Origin: Eledone cirrhosa
Lineage: Eukaryota
DNA: 64,000 nucleotides
Direction: 5' to 3'
Assembly (NCBI GenBank): GCA_964016885.1
Contig: OZ024741.1
Coordinates: 194,742,001-194,806,000, forward strand
Shown here: positions 14,071-26,147 of the stretch, piece after piece
Layout of the letters: each line of letters starts with the position of its first letter
How positions within the stretch are numbered: position 1 is the stretch's first letter
Translations under genes and position numbers: made by a program
Notes under the pieces: generated by a model
What the model was told of the DNA's origin: nothing
Database searches by the model: none
Seen by the model: only the letters and a program-made list of their open reading frames with translations

Positions 14071-16060
14071 TGTGGAGCTAGGGTGCCGGAACTTTAAGCT
14101 GTCACGAGCTCTTGTAGACACGGGCTGAACAACGACCTTAGTGACCCCGGAAGGGGTTAAAGAGTATGAGTAGATATGTAACGGAATACACCTATATTTT
14201 ACCTGGCGAAGATTCGAAACCGAATCATCTGAGGGTTCTCGCCTCTAGGGCCACCTATTGTTGGGAGTTCCCACCATTGTCCTGTCAAGAGAAAACTATA
14301 ATAGACGTATATACCACTTGACCTGTGACCCCAAGCTCTTGACAGATGGGGCACACATGGCTGCTCCTGGGTCGGCTCGTGTGCACATCCTTCTGGCTAT
14401 AGGGTTGTTGTAAATACAAGTACTTAGAGAGTCCACAAGAGAGACCACGAAGCCGCAGTTAACGATGTAGCCCATTCACTTTCTACAGACCTTTTACTCT
14501 TTCTCTCTCCTGGCCTTACAGGCTCTCACATTTCATACCAACGCGGCAGATTGACCAACTATGTATGCTAAGAATAGACACATACACGCAGTAGGTTTAC
14601 TTATATTTTTCCATACTCTTTCGCCTTCCTGTTATTTCACTTCTATCGTATCGTTTTATTTGATACATGCATTCACGTTAGCTCGAAGTAGTTGGCAAGA
14701 AAATAATGTAGTGATAATTGCTGTCACGTTTTTATTACTCGATATTCAATGTACCAACAAGTGAATTTTGTTATTGTAAAATAAACATTATCAACATCAC
14801 AATTCTTGCTTCATTCTTGTTATCATTCATCCTGAAAAGAATGCATCTATCCACTACATAATGGTGACACCCATCACTACAGATAGGACCCTGTTCCTAA
14901 CCAGGTAAGTCGACTCCGACGTTACCAGACAAAGTGTCCAGAAAGTAGTCAGGAGTTGCGACAGATGTCAGTCTATCGACCCTACCCCGAGCGTGCACGA
15001 GCCGGGTAACAACCCAATGGAGCACAACTGGAAGCGAATGGCAGTATATGTGACATACTACGGGCAGGATACGTATCTCACGATGGTCGATTGCAAACCG
15101 GGGTGGATGGAAATATGGAGGGAAATGAAGACGAGGACTGTGGATGAAATCGCATGGTCGCTTAAAGAGATATGCTTGGAGCGGGGGCCCTGTGGATGAA
15201 CTGTTGATGGATAACAGTACGGCGTTTCGCTCAAGGTCATGAAGAGATGCTCGATGAGTGTAATGTGAGCCGCTTCTTTAGAGTGGTACAGGCTGAGTGG
15301 AAATGGAATCGTGGAGAGACACCATCACACGATCAAGAACGTGGCGGAGGGGGGACACATTTCACCAATGGAGGTGGTGTTCTGGTACAACATGTCTTCT
15401 CGGATGGGACAGGCTGAGGAGTTGGTGCCACATAGGGCGATATATAAATATGATTGGCGACACCCATGCACGTTATTACAACAACCTGTGGAAGAGGGAA
15501 AGAATGTGTTCATACAAGTGGGCGAAGAAGTCTGGGTCAAGCCCCCGAATGCACGTTGCACATCTCAATGGGGAAAGGGAACGGTAACAGCTGTAAATTC
15601 CCGAAACAACGTGTCTGTGGACGGAATGCCGTGTCACGTCTTGGATGCCCACAAAATCGAGGATTTGATGGACTTCGGAGAAGAAGAGAACGAAAATGCT
15701 GCCACGTCTGTGCGGCGATCGCAACGGGAATTCCACTCACCCAAGTGGATGACGGACTTTGACATGGAGTGATATGACAGGGTGATTGATCCCAGGGATC
15801 AGAGGGCGTGTGGGGGTAGGGTACCGGAATTTCAGGGGAGGTTTTGCTGGAAGCGAGGAGCCAGTGACGTCATGTCGGAATTGCTGGCTGTCTCTCGCCC
15901 TCCCTTGATCTATAAGCAGCACTGTATGCGAACGTCCTTTTTCATGGCTGGTGTGAATGAGTGTATGAGACTTACTATGTTCTCTGGCCGGATGTGAAGC
16001 AGGATGTCAGTCCGGACACGCGGGGAGACGAAAAGGCAGGTCCCTCTGCTTCTTACGACC
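14071..16060 (+). mobile_element. Internally deleted Gypsy LTR retrotransposon (5' LTR 14071-14858, integrase remnant, 3' LTR from 15809)
   Basis: TGT...TACA LTR followed by PBS-like taaTGGtgac; CxxC, YLTMVDC, LLMDNSTAF, GNGIVERHH, VWVKPP; purine tract then TGTGG. Confidence 0.75.
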
Positions 16061-16460
16061 ACACACACGTATATACGTACATGCATATATATATATATTT
16101 TCTACTCTAACCATAAATTTCAGTAGCACCACTCCGCATAAATTCCTCAATTTAAGAATGACCTGTAGTATCTATTTCATACTATTAATCTTAATTGAAT
16201 ATATATCTGACCAGGAATGCTTTTTTGTGAAAATCAGTCATATGGAACTATTGTCATCTTGCCTGACGGTTTGAACTTTACAACACCACCTGCCTCTTTG
16301 AGGTCAAATACCAACCCTAATACCATCTACAAACTGACCAATGAGAATCAAGACTATTCCTGCTGACAACATTAAATTATTCCTAACGAGCTCATATGTC
16401 CCAAGGCTCTGATACCATCAACACTATAAACACAGAGCTGGCATATCTAAGAACTGACTA

Positions 16461-16516
16461 ACTGCCTGATGAGGTCATAGCCATTCAATGGCTATCATCG
16501 AAATATATATAGCAGT
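16461..16516 (+). ncRNA. Minimal type I hammerhead ribozyme (5' pLTR of PLE B)
   Basis: actgc CTGATGA g..atagccatt-c-aatggctat..c GAAA tatata TA gcagt; palindromic stem III loop. Confidence 0.85.
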
Positions 16517-16705
16517 AAATAAAGGATTATGAGTTCATGCAATTGACTTATGTTTCGTCATTATTATAACTCCGGAACTTATATCTTCGTTGAGTGCTCC
16601 CTATCCGCATACTGAAGTACTGGATTTTACCAACACTTACTTTCTTGCTTACTCCATGCTCCACACCTTGTTGACCGCTTCATACAGTAGCGGACCGCAG
16701 CCAAT

Positions 16706-19325
16706 ATGAATAAACTCACCACTCTGGCATCACTGAAGGACATCCCATTACCGGGTAAAAGAGAATACACCAGGAATGTCACTAAGAGTACTGACTCCCT
16801 AAGACGCAGAATGAGGTGGAGGGCTTACCACTTTGATAGAGGAAACCCCAATATTAATGACAAAAAAACCATGGAGTGCCTCTTCAGATCAAGAAGAACC
16901 CCCCCTCCCCACAACAGACTATTGGAAGAGTTTGAGAACGAAATGATTGGCATCATTTCCAACATCAAATTTTCCGACCAACCATACCGGGGTCGAGAGT
17001 ACCTTAGACGACTGGAAAATGGAATTACCGAGCTTAAGGAATCTACAGGAATACTCGTCCATGCCGACAAAACCAACAACCTTTACAGCATGGACGTTCA
17101 ACTTTACCATGAGCTAATCCTCAGGGAACTGTGAAAAAGCTACAAAAAAAAAAAACGCCCGAGGCTACCCTGGAGGATATCAACATCAAGGCTTATGAGA
17201 TTGTATCTGGTCTTGGTATAGATGATAGGACGGCTCCATACCAACCAAGGGAGCCGAGGATTACCATTAAGGACCACAAACCAAACTTCGAGTCTAACCT
17301 GCCGGTCAGACTGATACCCCCCTCCCGGTCAGACATGGGGGTTATTAGCAAAAGCATTTTAGATAGGATCCTGCCCACACTTAAGAGTAAAATAAGGTTA
17401 CAACTCTGGTCCTGCACCAGCCAGGTGCTGGACTGGTTTACATTTTTACCTGACAAACATAGGACTAGCTTCATACAACTAGACATCAACAATTACTACT
17501 CCTCTATCTCGCCCATAGTCCTGAACAAGGCACTCATATTCGCGATGAATAGGACAGACCTAACACGCGACGAGGTCCGAATCATACACGCTGCCAGAAA
17601 GACCCTGATCCGATTCGGTGGGGACATATGGACCCGGAGCGACTGGCCAAATAATTTTGACATTACAATGGGCTCCAGTGACTCCGCGCAGCTAACGGAC
17701 TTGGTTGGGATATACATACTCTACGAGATCAGGAGAGAAATACCCTACCTGGGTGGCGGGCTGTACCGAGTCGACGCACTCTTCACCGTAGTGGACCACA
17801 GCACCACAATGGTCGAAAATATGAAGAGAATTAGGCACTTCTTTAGCAAGGTAGGACTTAAGGTAGAGATGGAACCCAATAGAAAAGTAGTGAATTTCCT
17901 GGACACCACCCTCAACCTCAACACCAAGCTACACCACGCATATCATAAACCCAATGAAAGCTGGTGTATATCAACGCTGGGTCTAATCACCCTAGATCTA
18001 TAGTTAAGGCCATAGTTAAGAGTGTCTCTGACAGGATCTCTAGCTTGTCGGCTAATAAAGAGATCTTCAATAGTAACGCTGATTACTATAACTCAGCGCT
18101 AGCTAAGGCGTCCCACAGCCATAGGATCAGCTATAACCCTAAGGGACATGATCGAGATGACCCAAGGGTACCCCGGACCAATACCCTCAGGGGCATGAGT
18201 CGCCCACCTAATACCTCGGTGACCAGTAGTAACACTCCCAGACCCATATCCGTCACCACCCTCGGTAGAAGGTCCCGCATACCCCACCAGTCTAATACCT
18301 ACAACGCTGAAGACCACTGTGCTGCGGAGCATAGGCACCCCTGCACCGGCCCAACCACCCGCCGAACCCCAATTGAGCAGGGAGGCCGCACCTCGCAGGT
18401 TTATAGCCCCATGATGGGCCCATATAACCCTCATGATAGTGACCGCTCCGCACACCCGAGTGACACCAACCGAGCTCGACCTGAGCTGTGCACAACCACG
18501 CGATGGCCCACGGCGGACACCCAACAACCCCCCAAGAATAGGACCAGGAAGGTCACATGGTATAACCCTCCGTACTCGGTGGGTCTACGTACCAGCCTGG
18601 CTAGAACATTCTTTAGAGTACTGGATAAATGTTTCCCTAGGGCCCACACGTACCATAAAATATTCAACAGGCACACGGTGAAACTTTCCTACTCAACCAC
18701 ACGCTCCGTAGCCCAGCACATAGGTGGCATAAATAGGAATAGGCTCACTGCCTCTAATACCACCGTAAACCCCGGAGCCACCCAACAGAACCAGCACGCG
18801 GGACGCAACGGAACCCGGACAGGCCCAACTAGCACACCGGAACCCAACGACCCTGTGCTGATTGCGGAGGCTACCCAGCCAACCGCGAGTGATGGTAACC
18901 ACGCGGTACATGTGGTGGGGCTTAAGAAGTCATGTAATTGCAGAGACCCATCGCTAAGCCCCCTTAGTAATGAATGCATGACGAAAAACGTAGTCTACAG
19001 GTGCAAGGTAGGATCCACAGCGACGAGCTTCAAAGATCGGTGGTATAACCATCGCCATTCCTTTAACAGAATAGATAAGAGGAAATGTACGGCCCTTTCT
19101 GAATTGATCTGGAAGCTCAAACTTGAAAATACCCCGCACTCTCTGGTCTGGTCCGTGGTTAGAAAGGTTCCCCCATACAGAGGCGGGTCTGGTATTTGCA
19201 ACCTATGTCTTAGTGAGACACTCGAGATTCTTCATGTCGGAACCAAGCTATTAAACAGAAGGGCCGACTTATTCGGTACCTGCAGACACCTAAGGACGGG
19301 AACTTTCCTCAAGCTATATGGATAA
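16706..19325 (+). pseudogene. PLE B polyprotein RT plus GIY-YIG, frameshifted, with YRDD changed to YRVD
   Basis: ADKT, KDHK, LDINNYY, MGSSDSA, LYRVD, NFLDTTL, SNHP, WYNPPY, VKLSYS, CNCR, FKDRWYNH, CNLC. Confidence 0.9.
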
Positions 19326-20508
19326 ACCCCGGTTACGGCCTCCCACAACGCCCCTCCCCTGTAGGTCCCCTACACCCCGTACCAATGACCAATGGACAAC
19401 AAAAACCACCCATAGTTTGTGGTCCCTATGGTGGATGGTCCACCGGATCCTCTACTGGTTAGGATTCATCTAAACCACATTTTATTGAACCTGATTTTAT
19501 ATATATATGTATATATATATCATGTGTATATATATATATTATGTGTGTATATGTGTGTATTTTATATATATTTATATATATGTATGTATATATCATGTGT
19601 ATATATATATATATTTTATATGTGTATATATGTGTATTTTATATATATGTGTATATATGTGTATTTTATATGTATATATATATGTATATATTTTATATAT
19701 ATATATGTATGTGTATGTGTATTTTATATATATATATGTATGTATGTTTTATGTGTGTATATATTTTGTGTATGTATGTATTTTATGTATATATATATAT
19801 TTTATATATATGTGTGTTCTGTGTATATATATATATATTTTATATATATATATATATACTTGTGCGTACATACATACATACATATATATATATATATACA
19901 GACCTGTAAGGATTTGTGTGTGTAGATGTGTGAGTGTCTGAGGGGGTAGGTGTGAGTGTATGTACAAGTCAACCAGCATAAACCTTTTATTTCTAAATTT
20001 TTCTAAACTATCTAAGTATTGGACTCTAACCATTATTTTAAGTATTACCACCCCACATTTTGTATGTGTGGATGTGTGTGTGTGTCTGTGGAGGTGGGTG
20101 TGAGTGTACGTGCAAGCCAACCTACATAAGTCTTTTTATTTGTAAATTTTCTACTCTAACCATAAATTTCAGTAGCACCACTCCACATAAATTCCTCAAT
20201 TTAAGAATGACCTGTAGTATCTATTTCATACTATTAATCTTAATTGAATATATATCTGACCAGGAATGCTTTTTGTGAAAATCAGTCATATGGAACTATT
20301 GTCATCTTGCCTGACGGTTTGAACTTTACAACACCACCTGCCTCTTTGAGGTCAAATACCAACCCTAATACCATCTACAAACTGACCAATGAGAATCAAG
20401 ACTATTCCTGCTGACAACATTAAATTATTCCTAACAAGCTCATATGTCCCAAGGCTCTGATACCATCAACACTATAAACACAGAGCTGGCATATCTAAGA
20501 ACTGACTA

Positions 20509-20564
20509 ACTGCCTGATGAGGTCATAGCCATTCAATGGCTATCATCGAAATATATATAGCAGT
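20509..20564 (+). ncRNA. Minimal type I hammerhead ribozyme (3' pLTR of PLE B)
   Basis: Identical to 16461-16516. Confidence 0.85.
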
Positions 20565-20605
20565 AAATAAAGGATTATGAGTTCATGCAATTGACTTATG
20601 TTTCG

Positions 20606-20679
<74 letters not shown>

Positions 20680-20682
<3 letters not shown>

Positions 20683-21270
20683 GTAAGTCCAAACAAAGAA
20701 CCATTAGATAAAATATACACAGTATTTCCTTTCCTAATGAGTATAAATCAACCACATAACAAGTCATTTAAACGAGGCTATAAGTTTAAAATGTACTTAT
20801 GAAGAAATAATAGACAAATGATACAGATTATTTTCCGAGATGTACAGCCATATGACACTTATCTAATTATTTCTTTTAGCCTGTAGAAATTGACTAGACA
20901 AATAGTTAACTACACGGAATTAGGTACAAAATAGAAGTTTGAAAAAAAAAAGCACATAAATTTTACCAAAATTCTCTGAGTCTCTACCACCGGTGGTTTC
21001 GTTCCGCTTTTTGGATATACCCGGTCTTGGATAAATCCACGAGGCTTGGAACTCATCAGGAGATACCCCAGACTGGACTAAGTTTCTTCTACCATGTTCC
21101 CCGCCAGAAATGAATTCAAAATGGCTAAGAACTATCACGTGGCTAGCGGTCAAGGCAGAAAGTTTGTGATTGGTGCCTGCCGGCGAGTAGGCTGGTTGCT
21201 AGAAAGCGCAGCCGAATACTGCCTAAAGATTTACTCAACATTACGCGAGTATATATTAAAAGCAAAGGGT
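20680..21270 (-). mobile_element. Solo PLE pLTR-like fragment carrying a hammerhead
   Basis: Contains a canonical HHR and abuts (TA)n. Confidence 0.55.
20981..21063 (-). ncRNA. Canonical type I hammerhead ribozyme
   Basis: Minus strand: tctc CTGATGA gttcc...ggaac GAAA ccaccggtgg TA gaga; all stems Watson-Crick, palindromic stem III, GUA site. Confidence 0.9.
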
Positions 21271-21301
21271 ATATATATAATTCAAAGGGTATATATACTT
21301 G

Positions 21302-21420
21302 TGGAGGCGCGTGGCTGAGTGGTTAGAGAATTGGATTCACAATTGTGAGGTTGTGAGTTCGATTCCCGAATCGGGCGATGCGTTATGTCCTTGAGCAAGA
21401 CACTTTATTTCACGTTGCCC
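21302..21420 (+). mobile_element. SINE family A, 5' part
   Basis: tggctgagtggttag...gagttcgattccc...ttgagcaagacacttt. Confidence 0.8.
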
Positions 21421-21599
21421 CTTCTACTTGGAGTTGCGACCGATAGATAGTATTAGCAATTGGAAAGACTAATGGAAACATTGTTTCCTCGGTCCGATTT
21501 GACGAAAGTCGATCGACTGTCGATACTTAGACATAGTCACAGATACATATATGAGTTTGGCAACCATTCACGGTGTGACTCAATGAAGAATTAATTAAG

Positions 21600-21636
<37 letters not shown>

Positions 21637-21640
21637 TGCA

Positions 21641-21694
<54 letters not shown>

Positions 21695-21697
<3 letters not shown>

Positions 21698-21838
21698 ATA
21701 ATAATAAATTTGAAAACTAAAATCCAAAGAGGGCTCGATAAGGATAAATATATATCAAATATATAAGAACCGTTTTAGAAGATCCCGTTAAGGGTGAAAG
21801 CAGCGATTCTTTGCTTAAACTTTAATCTGTTATTTTAA
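21695..21838. mobile_element. Miniature inverted terminus of the CAGAAGA-hammerhead repeat family
   Basis: 21772-21838 matches the 3' ends at 36390-36458 and 54194-54260; 21695-21731 is the reverse complement of 57165-57200; flanked by (TA)n. Confidence 0.65.
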
Positions 21839-21940
21839 TATATATATATATATATCCTCCACCTACCCCCCACTCTCCTGAGCGTGAAGCTAATAAACAT
21901 TTGTCGTACTGCCTCTCTGTTCTGTCCCTGTTCAATTTTT

Positions 21941-22057
<117 letters not shown>

Positions 22058-22418
22058 TGTATGTATGCCTGCATTTACACACACACACACATACATATAT
22101 ATTATATGTGTGTGTGTGTATGTGTGTGTGTGTGTATGGATGCCTGCATTTACACACACACATACATATATATTATATGTGTGTGTGTGTGTGTGTGTAT
22201 GTATGCCTGCATTTACACACACACACACATGCATATATATTATGTGTGTGTGTATGTATGCCTGCATTTACACACACACACACACACACATTTATATTAT
22301 ATGTGTGTGCATGCATACAAAATTTATCTAACACTGATTACTGAGGAGTACCCAAATGAGTCACAACGCGTTTTTCTCCTTTTAATTCAATAGATTATTT
22401 ATAGAAATATGGAATTTT

Positions 22419-22560
22419 AGCCCCGCGAGGTGGGGTGGTTGTTGCAGCGGATGCCGCTGGACATTGTCCGCGGGAATGCTTTTGCGCCCAGAACCCAACC
22501 ACCCTCCCCTCCCCACTCTTCTGTGACACTAGAGTCCTTGTCATTCCCTCCCTTTCCCGT
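22419..22560 (+). pseudogene. CRE-clade non-LTR retrotransposon 3' end fragment
   Basis: WLLQRMPLDIVRGNAFA resembles the CRE C-terminal QRLSxAxxRGN motif; homologous to 23110-23250. Confidence 0.55.
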
Positions 22561-22989
22561 TTTTTTCTTCTTTTTTTCTTTATATTTTCCTATTTTACAT
22601 TCCATTCTTTCTTCTCAATCTTTTTTTTTTTTTCTATTAACCTATATTTACATGATATATTCCATAAATAAATTATTAATCAGTAGTATAAACCTCTTCT
22701 TAGAATACATCAGCCTTTAGCTGCTTGTTAAAAATCATCGCTTTTATATACAAAATAGATGAAATCCCCACGTCGGAAAGAGTGCATCATTTCGAGATTA
22801 TCTTTTTGCTAAGTGTCTTTTATCATCTAGTGTTAGTTGGCAGCTGTAACAGATTGTTTATATCTTTGCTGATTTCTATTTACTGAGATATTAATTTCGT
22901 TTCACTCTTTAGATACAAACAGCACAAACTGTTTCTATGATATAAAATGTTTGCTTTGAAGTGTTTAGAGGTAAAGAAGATAAACAAAT

Positions 22990-23285
22990 ACTAGGGATGT
23001 CTAGCAGCTTTATCAATTGCACCTGTCACCGTCGAGACCTCACCGTTGGATCCCGTACTGCCGAGCTCCACCGCAAGATCAGAACATCGGTGGCCCACCC
23101 GAGGAAGCTCTGCGAGGTGGGGTGGTTGCTGCAGCGGGTGTCGCTGGCCATTGTCCACGGAATGTTTTTGCGGTCTTGTCCGAGGTCTTGACCGCCGCAC
23201 ACTGGGTCCAGAGCCTATCTCCTCCCCCCTTCCCTCCATTCTTCTGTGACACAAGAACCCCTGCCTTTCTCTTCCTTTTTCGTTT
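22990..23285 (+). pseudogene. CRE-clade non-LTR retrotransposon 3' end fragment
   Basis: APVTVETS...WLLQRVSLAIVHG. Confidence 0.55.
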
Positions 23286-24069
23286 TCATAACCACAAAAG
23301 ACACTTGAATATTCAATGTAACTCTACCTTGTGTAGTGAGTACTGTTTAGAATTGAAATAGAAATAGAGGCTTCGGCGTGTAAACCTACTGAACGGAAAA
23401 AAGATGGGTATGAGCACACGCGTAAGTGTTTATATATCTAAGTTGTGCGCTAAGCAACTGAAGTATATACGAATAAAGTAACTGACAGTTGATAGGACGG
23501 TATCACCTGGGGACCCGTCACATGAAGGTTCATAATTCAATGTAAGAACCTTTGTTGTTATATTACAAACACCAGCTTAATTATGAGAGAATTACATTAC
23601 TTAAAACATTCAAATTATTTGAAACCACATGCAGTACCTCATTAGAAATATGGTAATGAAATAATTAAGGCGGCGTATAAGCATAGTCCCTTGCTGTATC
23701 TGTCCCGTCTCTCTATGTTCTGAGTTCAAATCAGATTGAGATTGACCTTGCTTTTCATCGTGTCGAGGGGCTTTAAATAACTTACCAATCCAGCGGTGGT
23801 GGATTAATGGAATTGTTAAAACATTGGAAAGGAGGCTTAGCGGTTTCCGTTTTGATTTTCTATATTCTGAGTTGAAATTCCACACCCTATCCAACCCATA
23901 CTTAATTGGCCAGCGTGAACTGATAGTCCTAAAACCAGGACTGGATTAATCATTAAGCAAAATAGATACATACTGAGGGCCTCAAGTGAAGCGGGGCTCC
24001 ATTCTAATCAATTAACTGTATTTCTAATTTTCCCAAAACATTTTTTACAAACTTGATATATGGAGGACA

Positions 24070-24315
24070 GTGCAAGGTTGTGAGATCGATTCTCGGTGGC
24101 TCGTTGTGTTGTTGAGTAAGACACTTCATGTTGTTCTAGCTCACTCAGCTTGCAAAAATGACTTGTACGTGTAATTAAAAGCGACCAGCCTTGTCAAACC
24201 CTCTCACCGAGAACTACGTTAAAGGTGCACGTGTCTGTGGAATGCTCAGCCACTTGCGCGTTAATTTCATGAGCAGGCTGTTCCGTTAATTGAATCAACT
24301 CAAACACTTGTCGCA
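24070..24315 (+). mobile_element. SINE family A (degenerate)
   Basis: Similar to 61068-61390. Confidence 0.65.
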
Positions 24316-24924
24316 ACGAACACATACATATATGGTGGTGGGGGCAGTATAATCTTTTAGGCGCTTCGAGTCTTAAAAGTATTTAATCTGGGGTTGCCTA
24401 AAACTAACATAGTTACTGAGGTTCCATCTTGTAGTGAATCGAAAATGGCTGTGGAGACAAAAAAAAAAAAAAAATGAATTTAATTTGCTGTTGAACTGAC
24501 TTTATTAATCTGTTGTATGTTATGAAAATACAATCATCTTTGAATTTGAGAATAAAGTAAAAAAAAAAAAAATTGCAAAAAACAACAACAATAAACAAAC
24601 AAAAATATACACAATTTATGTCTTCATTGATTAATTAAAGAAACTTTAGATTTGTATTTTGTCAATAGGAATGTTGGGTTACTACACAACGGTGGGTTAC
24701 TACAGAGCAGTGCCGAGAGATTCGGCAAGATTGTCACATTTAAAATACTAACCCACAGTAACTTCATAATATATTTATCAGAAAAATAATCTTCTGAAGA
24801 TCTAACAAAATGTTAATAGTTAGACTGGTCGTCTATCGAGATATATGACATGGTGATGGCGTCGTTGTGAATATGTAGAGAAACAATGGTTCATTGGGAA
24901 ATATAGAAACATGTATTTGTTAGC

Positions 24925-24955
<31 letters not shown>

Positions 24956-25804
24956 AGAGAGAGGGAGAGAGAGAGAGAGGGAGGGAGGGAGGGAAAGAGA
25001 GAATTGGAAAAGAGGAGAGGTATATAGATAATGAGGAAGAAATGGAAAAGAGGAGAGACAGATAAATAGATGGAGAGAAATGAAAAGGATATGTAGATAG
25101 ATGTAGATATGTTTAGATAAAGAGATACGGAAAAGAGGAGGGTTACATATAGATAGAGATAGAGACAGAGGGGAGAAACACGGGAAAGCGGAGAGGTAGA
25201 GAATATAGATAGATAGATAGATAGATAGGTAGAGAGAGAAATGGAAAAAATGTTTCTCCCTTTTTCTCTCAATGTTTTTTTTTTCGAAATCCTAAGTTAT
25301 GGGACATAAACACAGACACAAACGTAAACATATGTACTAATGACTTTTGCAGTTTATGCCTACCAAATTCCCCCAGAAGGAATTGGTTACGAGGAATTCT
25401 ATACATATGTGTGTCTAGTAATGATAATGGGGTTGATAAATGTGTGAACTTGAGGGTATAGTAGAAGACATTCGCACGCAGTGAGACAGACCCCAGAACC
25501 ACGGGAGTGCGAAGCGAACCCTTTAACCACATAGCCATGCCTTTTGCGATTGTTTCAGCTGATCAGAAAAAAATGAACTTTGTTCACCGGTGCAATGGTA
25601 AATCCAATCCACCTATCTCGAAAAACATGTCTTATTCGACGGCTTTACTCAGAAACAATAGAGAATTTGGTGTTTATTAAAGAAATGAGCCGATACGGAA
25701 ATAAATAAAGATAATGAAGGGCAGAGAATGTTGTAAAGTCAATTTGAGCTTAAAAGTCCTGCTCTGACTAGGCAGACTAATATATATATATATATATATA
25801 TGCA

Positions 25805-25852
<48 letters not shown>

Positions 25853-25865
25853 AATAATAATGATG

Positions 25866-25899
<34 letters not shown>

Positions 25900-26147
25900 T
25901 TTCTTTATTAACCACAAGGGTTTACATAAAGTAGACATTAAGGACAATGCAGGACAATGCAGGACGGTACAAATGGGCATTTCTGCGTGTAAAAAACAAA
26001 AACAGAGGATGTGACAAAAAATAACAATGAAAAATTCCCCAATAGGGGGCAGACTTCGGAGCGACATTTGTGGAGAAAGCCCAGTAAAAAGCCACAATGA
26101 CCCTGACCACCAAGGCAAGTGCCCTCTCCCAGTTTTCCACCTTTAAT

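Larger units (their letters stand above)
16097..20609 (+). mobile_element. Penelope-like retroelement B (Naiad-type), pLTR-ORF-pLTR
   Basis: Near-identical direct repeats of about 460 bp at 16097-16560 and 20146-20608 around an RT-EN frame; flanked by (TA)n. Confidence 0.92.

Noticed and set aside
21495-21530. GAAA-gtcgatcgac palindrome as a hammerhead half
   Set aside because: No CUGAnGA or stem I partner, and the site would be UG
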